From: Chlorokybus atmophyticus
Lineage: Eukaryota; Plantae; Mesostigma and Chlorokybus algae
Reading direction: 5' to 3'
NCBI GenBank assembly: GCA_009103225.1
Contig: RHPI01002438.1
Coordinates: 124,001-188,000, forward strand
DNA: 64,000 bases
Shown: positions 39,213 through 51,140 of the stretch, in pieces
How positions within the stretch are numbered: position 1 is the stretch's first letter
Layout: each line of letters begins with the position of its first letter
Position numbers and translations under genes: made by a program
Notes under the pieces: generated by a model
Told to the model about the DNA's origin: nothing
Seen by the model: only the letters and a program-made list of their open reading frames with translations
Databases searched by the model: none

Positions 39213-40104
39213 TGTGCATCAATCTTGCAGTGTACACCAATGTTTTGCAATTCATTGCCGACACGTAGTTGGCCATGAATTGTTGTTGTGGGTGGACTCT
39301 CAACAGGCCATGGCCGCTAGATGTGGCCGTCAAACCGCGACATGGCGAGCATCCAAATCAAAACAAACCACAGCATGATCTGGTGTAGGCTGTGCAGTGC
39401 GTGCAGAGGTTATCGCAATGTGTTGAATACTACGGAATCAGACACCGTAGCGAATGTTCTCAACGCATACCAATGCAGTGCGTGCAGTGAGTTTCGCAGC
39501 GTGCTGAATACTACTACAAACTTCACCACCATAGAGTATGTGTAAAATACCTTTCAGTAGTTTGCACTCTCCAGGCAATGAGTAATGTAACACTCATCCC
39601 TTTTAACACCGCTGTATGTCAGACACAACTGCGCGCAGGGTTAGCAGCAGCAGCCGCTGTGCAATAGTAGATTGCTGCCGGTGCATATCAGCTTGGTGCC
39701 GGGACTCACTGTACAAATGTTGCGAGGGCAATGCCAGTCTGTTGTGTGCTTCCGTGTCTAGCTGCAAATACCCGATCACAAGAACTTCCTTTCTCTTTCA
39801 TTCACACGATCGTACTTGTGCTGCACACCAAGCGTTGTGAGGTCAGCAACGGCAGCATGCAAGGCAGCTGCAGTGTTCAACATGACAGCGAGACAACCGT
39901 CATCCCCAAAGGCAAGGTCAATAACGCAATATGGTGTTACTGAAAAAACCTGGGAAGGACTGAGTTAAACAGGTGGTCCAGTGCTGGACACTAGTAGCAC
40001 ATAAATGTGCTTTGCTGCCATTCAAGAGCACTGATGGGTTGCTTAGCTGCTCGGCAATGCATTATTCGCGGTACACAGAAGAAGGTACTGGAAACAAACC
40101 TGCA

Positions 40105-40376
40105 TTACTGACTAATACCATGTTGCCTGAACATGCTTTGCTGCTGTGACGCTTGACAGGATATGACCAGCCACAAGCCGATGTGCAGACAGCTCAAGCA
40201 ACACTTACAAATTCAGCGACGTGGCCCTTGTATATGATCAAGGGGAGGAGCACCCCACACAGGCCGAAAACGGCCAGCGTGCGGCGGTTGAACCTGAACG
40301 TGTACTCTACGTTCTCAAAAGCGCTTGCAAACTCCTCGATCGCTTTGCTCTTATGAGTCTCCAGACCCCCGGCCAT
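40105..40376 (-). CDS. NDUFB4: Mitochondrial complex I subunit B15 (NDUFB4), plant type; 3' exon uncertain
   Basis: Exon 40209-40376 encodes MAGGLETHKSKAIEEFASAFENVEYTFRFNRRTLAVFGLCGVLLPLIIYKGHVAEF, matching the plant B15 pattern. Followed by a GTAAGT donor; the terminal exon is not resolved. Confidence 0.8.
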
Positions 40377-40458
40377 GATGGCGTTCTTCAAGACACCTCA
40401 GTCCCTCCTCCTCGTTCTCGTCCTCGTCCTCCACCGCCGTCTCGTCCGCCACCTCAGT

Positions 40459-40484
40459 AACCCTACTCCGCTGGGAGTAGGGTT
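40459..40484. repeat. Perfect 11-bp hairpin in the NDUFB4/RPL3 shared promoter
   Basis: AACCCTACTCC-gctg-GGAGTAGGGTT. Confidence 0.9.
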
Positions 40485-40747
40485 CGCTGATAGACGATAT
40501 CGCGCTTATTGGGATAACAATCAATTGTGGTCGATATCGCGACCACTGGCGTGGCCTTGGGCGAATCGTCACTGGAAAACAAGCGCAACGCACGCTCTGG
40601 GTGCCTGCATTTTTCTGCAGCCGGGCAGCCGCGTAGGTGCAATCGGATAATGGCCGCAAGTTAGTGAATGCAAAATTAGGGTTGTGTGAAGGCAAATTAG
40701 GGTGTAAGCCGCCGCCGTCGCCGCCGCCCACGTGGACGACGAGCAGG

Positions 40748-42070
40748 ATGGCGCAGGCGATGGCGGTGGCACCGGCTGCTGCCTCGGTGTCATCACAGCA
40801 GCCAGTGGCCGCGCCGAAGTCTTTCCAGGGTTTCCGGGCCGCGCCTCAGGGAGTTTCGCTCAGGGCATCGTTCGCGCCATCTTCATCCAGGGCGGCGGCG
40901 CTGAATGGCAGGCGAACCGCCGTTTGCATGTCGCTGGAGGCTGGGATCGGCGTGTTTGGTAACAAGGCTGGAATGACCCAGATCTTCACGGAGGCTGGTC
41001 TTGCAGTTCCCGTTACCGTCATTGCCCTTGGCGAGGGCAATGTTGTTACCCAGGTCCGTGTCGGTGTGCGTCAAATCCACAATCACTACGCTCAAACATG
41101 AACTCACATCGCTGTTTCGTGGGCAATGTGCAAGCAGTACGCCAAATTGTGGGCCCTAGAACACGCACAGCAATGCATCGCACTGATGGTTTCTGGCAAG
41201 ATTGCCCCAATTCAAGTCAGGTTTTTATTTGTCTGTTTGTCTTTGTTGACGGAGCGTCTGCTGGTAGTGATCAATGGTATTATGGTGAATTTGGCATCGT
41301 AAATGTTTGCAAGGCATTGGCAAACGAGCAGTGCTGTTGCAGGTGAAGACGCCCGAGACGGACGGATACAGCGCGGTGCAGGTTGGCTACAAGGAAGTGG
41401 CTGAGCGCAAGCTGACAAGGCCTGAGATCGGGCATCTGAAGAAGAGCGAGTCTCCTCCGCTGCGCTATCTCGCTGAATGGCGGCTCAAGGCTGTCGACAG
41501 CTTTACCCTGGGTCAGCAGCTCAAGGCAGAGGAGCTGTTCAAGGCTGGTGATCTTGTGGATGTTTCAGGCACATCTATTGGAAAGGGCTTCCAAGGTGCG
41601 TTGTTTCAAGTTGTATGTTTCAGTTCAAGTCAAATTGTATGCAGGCCAATTTGAGTAGTTTGGGGCGTTCACTAACCAGGAATAATGCCATCGTGTAGGT
41701 GCCATCAAGCGACACAACTTCCATAGAGGTCCCATGTCTCACGGGTCAAAGTCCCATCGTGAGCTGGGTTCCACTGGTCCCGGTACCACACCCGGTCGTG
41801 TTTACCCGGGCAAGAAGGAGGCAGGCCAAATGGGCAACGAGCAGGTGCGTCAGTTGTTGATTGTTTCAAGTCTAGTGCATGCAGTCGTTTATTTTACATG
41901 GAGCATCTGGTCTAACTATGGTCCGCTTATCACAGGTCAAGGTCCGCAAGCTTGAGGTCATCCGTGTGGACTCAGAGAACAGGTGCATTTTGGTTAAGGG
42001 TGCTGTGCCCGGTAAGCCAGGAAACCTTCTCAGGATATCTCCAGCCAAGATCGTTGGCAAGAATATCTAG
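40748..42070 (+). CDS. RPL3: Plastid 50S ribosomal protein L3 with transit peptide
   Basis: Ala/Ser/Arg-rich transit peptide, then [75 protein letters not shown]. Stop at 42068-42070. Confidence 0.96.
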
Positions 42071-43401
42071 AGGATAGCTGTTGGCGTAGCAGCAGCTGCA
42101 GTTGTACGTACCTACCGACAGATATCAGGTTCTATTGACTACTGGGGTGGGTATTGTGACTTTGCACACAGCCCTACCCCTATTTGCGTGCAGCTATGAA
42201 TTGTTGGACGTGGGATGTCAGTCTCGGCGTTGTTGTGCTGGTTGTTGCAATGATACTAAATAATGCTCTTGAACCAGTGCAGGGCACAATGGTGATTGCT
42301 GTTGCACAGCTCACGTTCAACTTGCTCTGAATCTGTGCTGGGCCGTACTTGAACACTGCATGCATGAGAGGGTATTGTATGCCTGGTTGGCAACCGCTGC
42401 ACCTGACCCACCTCACAACTGCCAATGCGACACTGCACAGGCCTTGCCTACTGTGCACTGCACATGAGAGGTTGTTCGACTTGACGATGTACTGTTGGCT
42501 GTTGGGGTTGGGGTTAGGCATGGACGTAGGGCCGTGCTTGTGGTTGTTTTTGTTACAGTAAAACAAGATGCTGTGTGTGCAATGCCAAGCAGTAATCAAT
42601 GTAAAGAGGGCATTCGTCATGTGCAGTCATTCAGGAGGTCATGCTACAGATACATATGCAGAAAAAGCAATACACGTAAATAGCAAACTGTAGGAAGCAC
42701 AGCAAGGATAGTATCAAGCAACACAACAAGCAGAGCAACGGCAAGGCATGAGCGCAAAGCATCTGACACTGTGCACTGCGTTCTTTGCATCAAGCATCAT
42801 CCAAACAGCCCTCGAGATGCCAACCAGGAGATGCAGACATCAGCCACTGCCACCTAATGTTGGCATGGCCGTACGAGACATTGCTGTGGATCACGTGGAA
42901 CATAGAGCAATGCCCTATATGCAATGCAGCTCATGCTCACATGCCGGGTTGGATGTCCATATGCTGCATTGCCCACATTGGCTGCCGTGCGTGTGGCGCC
43001 GCGTACCAGAAATTGCCAGCACAACTTCACGGCATCCAGCCCACTGACTCTCCAGCAGCCAGCACTTTCGCAAATGTATGCTGCATCAAACGCGGCAGCC
43101 ACATCGTCTTATTGCGATGTCGTCAGCACAGCGAGCAGCCGCGACTGCCCTGTCTACACTGCAGGATGTTGCAGCCACCTTCCATCTTCATTACGCAGTA
43201 CTGCTATATAGTGTCATTGTTGTTGTTGTTGTACGCAGTAGCGCCTACGAGCACATAACAAATCAACTAGCAACAAACCATGAAGGTGACAGTCAGCCGC
43301 TCAACGGTTCAACTCACCACAGGCCAGCGGTAGTGAGCGGTGGCAACCTGAACGCTCGATAGAAGTGAAAGAGAGCCACCTCGCCATCAGCTTTGCGCAG
43401 A

Positions 43402-46400
43402 TCACTCATCATCATCTTCGTCGTCATCATCCAGGATAACTTTGCGGGGCCCACCAGTAAGGCCAGCTGAGGGCGACACATCGTCATCCTCAATTCTGCT
43501 GAGTGCAGCGCTCAACCTTCTCTGGGGCCGCGGCGAGGCCACTTTTTTTTCCACAAACCATCCGCCCACCACCCGCCTTGGCATGCCATGTTCACCATCT
43601 TCTTCTGGTATCTCCTGAGCACTCCGCTTGTTGTCTGGTATAGGGACCTCTGAAGGCCCTGCAATCTCTTCAATTTCATCATCCTCATCAACCTCTTCTC
43701 CTTTCTGCTCCTCCTCGTCCTCCTCTTCCTTGCCTTCACCCTCTTCATCGCCACCGCTGCTATCATTCTGTCTTGACTGCCGCATGTTATCCTTCAGTAT
43801 ATGCCTGGAAAGCCAGCGTTGCCAGTCTCTGACAGATATCACTCGCCCTTCCGAGCCCTCGATTGCATGCGTGAGCGTGAACAGGTCCTGGCCAGCAATG
43901 CTGGTGGGCAGACGGCGCCCTTTCCGACCATTGTCCTCCATGTAACGCTGTGAGCGTTCTAGCAAGGCTTTGTAGTTGTCGTAAAGGTGTGCGACATAGA
44001 CCTGATCCGCAAGCACCATCTTTGCATGATCACGAGGAGTCCTGCATCCAAGCAGAAGAAAATATTGCATTATGCAAAGACATTGTGCACATGCGCTGCA
44101 GTAGAGTATTGCTGATAACACGTCACGCGCATCAGTGCTTAACACCATTTCTCTGAGGTGGCCACATGGTTCTGCAGATAGTGCTGCAATCCAAGCCGCA
44201 GCCGCCAAGGGTAGAAATGCAGCTCGTGCCAAAGATGCGTCCGAGCGTGACAGAAAACGCCAACGTAAAACTTGTCTGGCGTCTCACTGGGTGCAGCTGA
44301 CTGTGATGTGGTCGCATAATAGCTCGCCCAGAACGTCGAGACATTGCACGCTGCACCACTGAGCGATACCTGCACGACAACTAGCTTGTTGAGCGCGTCC
44401 ATTACTTGCTGGCATGTACAAGTGACGACAATGCATTCAGCAACAACAGACGTGGCAAAACAAATATATTGAATTGAAACAATTCATGTGAATACTTTGT
44501 GGCACTGCACACACCAAAAACATCAAAGTAGTGCTTGTGTGCTAACAATGGTGCAGAATGACCTTCTCACCTCCAGTCGGGCTGGGTGGTTGGAGCGTCC
44601 GCACGCTTCACAAGTGCCAACTTCGGTCAGGTCACCAACTTCGCGCGAGAAGTACATTGGTCGAGAGTCCAGCGCACGGCGAAAGTCTTCTTTCCATGCT
44701 GAGCTGGACACCAAGCTCTCGCGGTGGATGCTAAGTTGATTCTGCGCAACAACATTCTGTTGGCGCTTACAACATGACAAGAGTATGCAGGCCTCAACCC
44801 TCATATTCAACAAGGTCAAACAACAGTTTTGTTTGCTTGTTTTGTAGTTGATAGCAAGTACCTCTACGCGTCTCACACCCTCGTGCAGTGGTGCTGCATC
44901 TGTGTGCCTGACCATCTGCAATGACGGTGACCATTACTCAGCACTACAAGCAATTCAGATGATGCGACATGCACTGCAACGATGACAACTGTGCGCACAC
45001 CAATCTTACCCTGAAGTGCCCATCTAGCAATGACAGCAGGTGGTACTTGAGATACATGTGGTAGCTGTCGTCAACACCTGCCTTGCATTCATCTTCGCTC
45101 CCATTAGAATCAACTGCACCGCCGTTAGCTTCACCTTCAGCATCAGAACCTTCCTTGACAACGAAGCCGTCTAATGAGTCACCAGAGCACGAGTCTTCGG
45201 GTCCACTGTTCAATGCAGGTTTGCCCGGTTCCTCTTCGTCACTGCTTATGCTCTGGCTTTCCACAGGTTCTGTTGCGCACTCAACGCACAACACACCATG
45301 TCATGCCATCAGAAACCACCAGTCGGCAAGTAATTATGCACACTTATGCACATGTACAATCCACGAACTTACCAAGGGCCTGAGAAAGCACGCGCTGCTT
45401 GTTAGCACGGATACGCTCAGCCATCGTGCTTTGCACTTTGGAAGATGTTTCAGCAGATTCAGGACACTTCTCCTTCACTAGTTTTTCGGCAACACCTATA
45501 GGATCGTTATCTTTGACACCATTGCCGTGTTTCGTGAGCCTGCGCCTCTTGGGCTTCTCAGTAACGACACCCGCACTGTCATCTGCACAACCACAACCAC
45601 CAAAGCCAGTCATGCATACTTGGCACTTCTTGCAAACAACCCAAGACAGCACCACTTACAGTTGACACAGCTGTCGTGGAATGTCACGCACCTGAAAGCA
45701 CATAAACAAGCGGGCCGTCACTATCATTGGAAACGGCAGACTTCCGCCTCCTCCTACGTGTGCGTGCGGGAGCTTCGTCACTATCCTCGTCAACAATAAA
45801 CGCGGCTTCACTGCTGCTGGGCTCTGACTCATCTGACAGTTGTTGAGCTGACAAGATGAATTGACTGCCACTCCTTTTTGGCTGTGACTTCTTCTTCAGC
45901 TTTCGGCGGCGAACAGTGAGCTGCACTTCATCATCTGACTGTTCGCTTGTAGACGTCTGATTTTGCCTCTCTGAGTGCTGTCGTTCATCCTGCATGCAGC
46001 TCTCTTCAACGTCTTATTGCTGTCGCCACAATACAGCCAGCTTTGCAACCATGGTCCCAAACCGTAGCGTCGGGTAATCGTGCACGCCGCTTGGCACCTG
46101 TGCACACAAAATTGGTTGGCCAATAGGGAGTGCGTGTTGAATGCTGCTGCAATGCAAGCAACTCCTCAGCAGGACATGCATTCACCAAATGACACCCAAG
46201 TGATAGGCAGCACACATCTAATGCACCTTCTCCGGTCCTTTGGCTGGTAGCTTGGCTATCCCGGTCCTTGCCAGCGCGGCTTCGCAAGTTGTACTTCGGC
46301 GGCTCGTGCGGTTGTGCTGCAGTCTCTACGGATGGCAGCAATGCAAGCAACTAAACCTTGTTGCCATGGACAGCGTTGCCAGCGTTCACAGCGTCTTCAT

Positions 46401-46962
46401 CACCAACAATCATATGACTCACCGTTTGGACTCTCTGCAGCTGGTTGCTCGTTGTGGACAGAGTCCTGTATTTGGTCAACCTAAACGATGATGTCACTTA
46501 GCTGTCACATGTCACACGCTACGCGAGCATTCAGCAGGCAGTAAACTGTGCTTCTGCAGCGCATTGCACGAGCGGTGGTTCAATGGTCTGAAACATGATG
46601 TGAAACTGTACATGCAGCTAAACAACAAAGTGGACTAGAGCAGCTGCAAGGGGTAGCTTACGTCTGCAGCGATGTGGACATGAGGCTGTATGTGCGGTGC
46701 AGTATCCCTCTGTTTGTCTGCAACCGACTGCATGCAACTATTCTCAGCATGCATACGCTGGCGGGGACCGCAGGCAGGGAGCATATGTGGCTAAGTAACT
46801 CACCTTGGCAGCTTTACCAAAGACACGCAGCTGAGTTACATGGTTATGAAAGTCGCAGTGAGGACAACCAAATTCTGTCTGCGTGCCAGCATCTATTGCT
46901 TGTGCAAAGTCGGTCTGTGTGCCGGCTTCTGCATTGCTCTTAACGTCTGCAGCATTCGCCAT
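43402..46962 (-). CDS. CCDC82/DUF4211-like protein with long acidic and basic low-complexity regions
   Basis: Phase-consistent exon chain from ATG 46962. Conserved block LVSSSAWKEDFRRALDSRP..CEACGRSNHPA..FYVGVFCHAR..WHELHFY resembles DUF4211/CCDC82. Stop at 43402-43404. Confidence 0.7.
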
Positions 46963-48081
46963 GTCGGAGGGTAGCGCTTATGTGTAAAGCTGACTTGGCC
47001 ACTCAGAAAACTGCGCACCTGGCTGTGCACTGTCACATTCAGGACAAACCGACGTTGTTATGTGCAGTGCAGCTGCCGCAGCTGCCGCACTGTGAGCCAC
47101 AGGACATACTCCGCATGTGCAAGGCTGCTGGCAACCCGTCACAACTGGTGGCTAACGCAACACACTGCGCCAGCATGCATTGTTGCAAACGCATTGCACC
47201 TGACACAAATGCATGACGCACTTCAAGCTTCCGCCAAGTGTCACGGCCGTACAAATTCTCTGTAAGTAGAGCATGCGACTGTTGGCCTTGCAACTAACAC
47301 CAAAGTGTAAAGGCGTGCACATTGTACCTAGCTCAATAATCAACGTTCGAGCTAGCACGACTGTAAGCGATACTCTGACGACCATTGGCTTGCATGTTAC
47401 TACAGGCACACCACCCCACAACACATGCCCAAACAAAACATTTAAGCTTAATCTACCCGCGTGGTTCCGTGTGTGCAGGACTGTAATTCATCAGCCTCCT
47501 AGGCACCAGCATGCACATTGTGTTGTTTGTGCGCAGTCGAAAGCACCTGAATTGGCTGGCCCAAGCCTCATAGAGCGCTGCACGCTCTCCAGTGCCTAGC
47601 AACCCCAATACAAACACATCCCACAGAGTGTGTGTGAGCATAGAACAAACGTGCTTTCGCTTTTGGCTTACCATAGCATAGCACCTGGCCACACAGAGGC
47701 AACGCCTTTGGAAGGCAGCTTCAAACCCTGATTGGCCAGACTAAAACGGCGCCAAAACAGTAGAAGCGGTGCAAGGCATTGCAAGTTGCACCTCTGTCGA
47801 ACCGGTGCAACTTGAAGTTCTACCGGTACTGTCTTAGCACACACAGGCATAATGTCACATCATTGCTTTGGCAACGCACGCGAATGAACTTCATTCACTG
47901 AACTCAAACGTTAGCGACGTTCTGCAGCTTGTAATTCCACGTCGGCGCTAGTGCAATGATGGTACGGTAGTACACTGTGGATATGTCATGGCTAACGTTA
48001 GCCTTGCACGTGCGTTGGGAGGCTCAATCAGCAATTCACACAAGCAAGCTATGAGTGTTTTGCGTGTGGCAGGCGGCGGAG

Positions 48082-49330
48082 ATGGCGGAGATGGCGGCGG
48101 CAGCGGTGTTGCTAGCGATCGCCGCGCTGGCGTCTGTGGCAGACTGCACCACCTACACGAGTGAGTGTTTGAATGGTTGCGTCATCCGCGCGCTGTTGTG
48201 TCACTGACATGCGCCGCTGAAACTGCGTGTGGTCGCTTTACACAAGCTTCAATGTCCCCGTTGCATGCAACTGTCGGCTGTGTCACAGCTGCCATTGCGT
48301 GTGCATTGCCACAGTCGTTGACGAGAATTGTTGTTGGTCGCTTTTCTTGCTGTGGCGGCTGACCGGATTAAGTTGGTGCCAGTTGGCATGATGTGCAGCC
48401 TGCTGTCGTGTCAAGCTTGGATGCATACTTCGTCCAATTTCTGTTTGGTGCTTCAATTGCTTTTGTGGCCTTGACTGATTGCATGCAACAACAGTTCCTT
48501 GGAAGTTCAACCCCAGCCCGCCTTACACCAACCTTACGGCCTACAATCTCGAGAACGTCCAGCCTGGAGATGTCCTCGGTGAGTAACGGTTATACCTGTG
48601 TGTTATGCTAGCTTATGAGCAGTGGTACCGCGTACAGTTGCGGTCACTCACAGTGTCAACCTTGCCTGCATGCATTAGTTCTTGCCAATTGGGCACATGT
48701 ATTGCTGTGGTGAATGCGCATGTTGATGTGCAAGGGACTGTCTACATATGTCTTGCGGTCTGCATGGTTAGTTCTAAACTGCGCAGCAGACTTTGAGCAT
48801 AAGATTGAGATATGATGCGAGCGTGCAATGTGTACTGAGGTTTGTTCCGCTTTGCAGTGTTTCAGTACTCGTACCCGCAGAACGTGTACAGTTTCACGTC
48901 TCTTCCCGCATGGAACGGCTGCAACTTTGACAGTGCTGTGCAGCTTGGCACCAGCACAAACGGAAATACAACTTTCTCGACTCAAGTGAATGTCACAACC
49001 TCCCAAGGTGATTGCGCGCTGATTTGCTGTGCAGCAGTGAGCTGAATGCGCAGTAGCATACATGGTATGGTGTTAATGGCTGAGTTGCACCCGGGCTAAT
49101 TTTGTAACAATGATGCCATTGCAGGTCTGCTCCTTTTTGCTAGCAGCAGCAACAACGACTGCACCACTGGTGGCGTGAAGTTGAGCATTGCGGTTGGTTC
49201 ATTTGTGCCCCCGCCCCCTGCACCAGTAACTGCGCCCGCACCACCCCCCAACAGTGCTTCTGTCAGCCTCCCGGCACTCCTCATGCTGGCGCTGCCCACC
49301 ATTTGCGCATTGGCGATGAGCTTCTTATGA
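48082..49330 (+). CDS. Phytocyanin (plastocyanin-like/ENODL-type) protein with signal peptide, Pro-rich linker and GPI-type tail
   Basis: Exons 48082-48160, 48495-48578, 48858-49007 and 49125-49330 join in frame: MAEMAAAAVLLAIAALASVADC..IPWKFNP..VQPGDVLVFQYSYPQNV..WNGCNF..GLLLFASSSNNDCTTGGVKLSIAV..PPPPAPVTAPAPPPNSASVSLPALLMLALPTICALAMSFL*. Confidence 0.8.
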
Positions 49331-49962
49331 GAATTGGCCACATTGACGAATTAGTCCTCCTGAAGCAACTTGTCATGTGCATACATGCGGCGCAGACATG
49401 AATATGCATCCCCACTTCGCTAGTCTCAACCCAGCAGTGTGTGTAGTTGCGGGTACAGTTTTGAGCTTCTCACAGGGAGCATTCGCCCAACATGAAGGGA
49501 GTGTCTCAATAAGATCAATTACAAAGGTAGTCGGCTGACCAGGGCGGTGGTGCTTAGAGGTGTGTTTGGTGTTGTTTGTCAATTGGCACGTGTCTGTCAT
49601 GCTATTTACGCATGTGTGTCAATAAGCTGTGCTGTGCACTTATTGGTTTCCAGCATGAACATCTGCACACGCTTGTCACATGCTTCGCGCGTGTGCCTCC
49701 GTGCACTAGGATGCCCCACAGGTTGTGCCAATGTGGTGCAAGACATGCAACCCCTGCATTTCATGGGCAAAGTGACACCTTAAACCCCCTTTGCCCACCC
49801 ACGCGTGGCTACCGCCCACGGGGTGTGCTTGCATGTATTAACAGCTGCAACACATGGCACGGCCAAAGCTGTATGCATAACTAAAATGAGGGGGGGGGGC
49901 GGCCGGGGGGGGGGGGCATTTGGTGCAAGCAAGACCACAGCAAACATAACTTTACATGGGGG

Positions 49963-50156
49963 CATGCACTGCAACGATGACAACTGTGCGCACACCAATC
50001 TTACCCTGAAGTGCCCATCTAGCAATGACAGCAGGTGGTACTTGAGATACATGTGGTAGCTGTCGTCAACACCTGCCTTGCATTCATCTTCGCTCCCATT
50101 AGAATCAACTGCACCGCCGTTAGCTTCACCTTCAGCATCAGAACCTTCCTTGACAA
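49963..50156. repeat. Exact 194-bp duplicate of 44968-45161 (exon/intron fragment of the CCDC82-like gene)
   Basis: Base-by-base identical by eye; ends at a single N (50157). Confidence 0.95.
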
Positions 50157-50764
50157 NAACACACAATCAACTACATCTTTGCTAAGCCGGCTAGGACCTT
50201 AAGCTAAGACCCTCAGGCAGCGATAAAACTGTTGACATCAAGTAGCATAGAGCAAAAGTCACCTGCAAAGCGCATGTAGATGTAGGTACTCTTCCCCATG
50301 TCCTGCACGATACATTAGATGTCACAAGATGTATCATGAGCAGACGCTACATAGTGAAGCATACTATGCTTGGTAAGTAGTCCACATGTGCCTTTTCAGC
50401 TTGATTCATAGACCAGTTGGGATATTCTTAATTTCACATGTTGTGACATTACATTGATAAGCCCACATGCATGGTTGCTTTCTTGAACATGTAATCATGT
50501 CGTATATTTGCAACCAGCTCGATCACCCTCTACTCAACACCTCATGTAAACTCAACATCGGCATCAATCATTGAGATATATACATAATGTGCTTTGGCCG
50601 TGGACCTTGCTATATTACATGATCCGCGACGTTTGTTATATATTGATCCATACTTAAGTTGAAAGTGTGAAACTGTCAACAACTGCACCGCACATGTCGA
50701 CACATGTGCAGCGCATTTGTTATTTGATTGATTGTTAAGTACGTGGTGTACAATCATGTGACTA

Positions 50765-51140
50765 TTACGATGACGCGGTGCGCGACGATGTGTTCACCCT
50801 ACTTATGGAGGCTGGCGTTGTCGTCATTGGCGATTAGCCGAGTTTCATGCCCGTCCGTGCGCGGGAGGTGTAGGGTAGGCACCTGGACTTGGCGGCGTCC
50901 GAGACCAGCTGTGACACGAAGCTGTAGCTGGACATCACCGTCACGGCATGTGGGGAGCGAGCCGGCCAGCGGAGAGGTGGCGGAAATGGCTATGTGGCAC
51001 ACGTATGTGGATCACCCGCCGCAAGACACCTTTCACCCGCTGACGATGGAAACGCATGGCACGCGAGGCCCCTTATTGTGCCATGCTTGGCGAGGAGATG
51101 CTGGATTTACATGCGCTCTGCACCGCCACAATGCAAGTGG
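50765..51140 (+). mobile_element. Decayed 3' fragment of a CRE-like non-LTR retrotransposon (restriction-like endonuclease region)
   Basis: Across stops and one frameshift it reads DAVRDDVFTLLMEAG..G*HLDL..LDITVT..TFHPLTMETHGTRGP..FTCALHRHNA. This matches the HxxVRD / PDL / LDVTV / FxPLxxETxG / ALQRGNA order of RLE-bearing LINEs. GC-rich island in AT-rich flanks. Confidence 0.6.
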
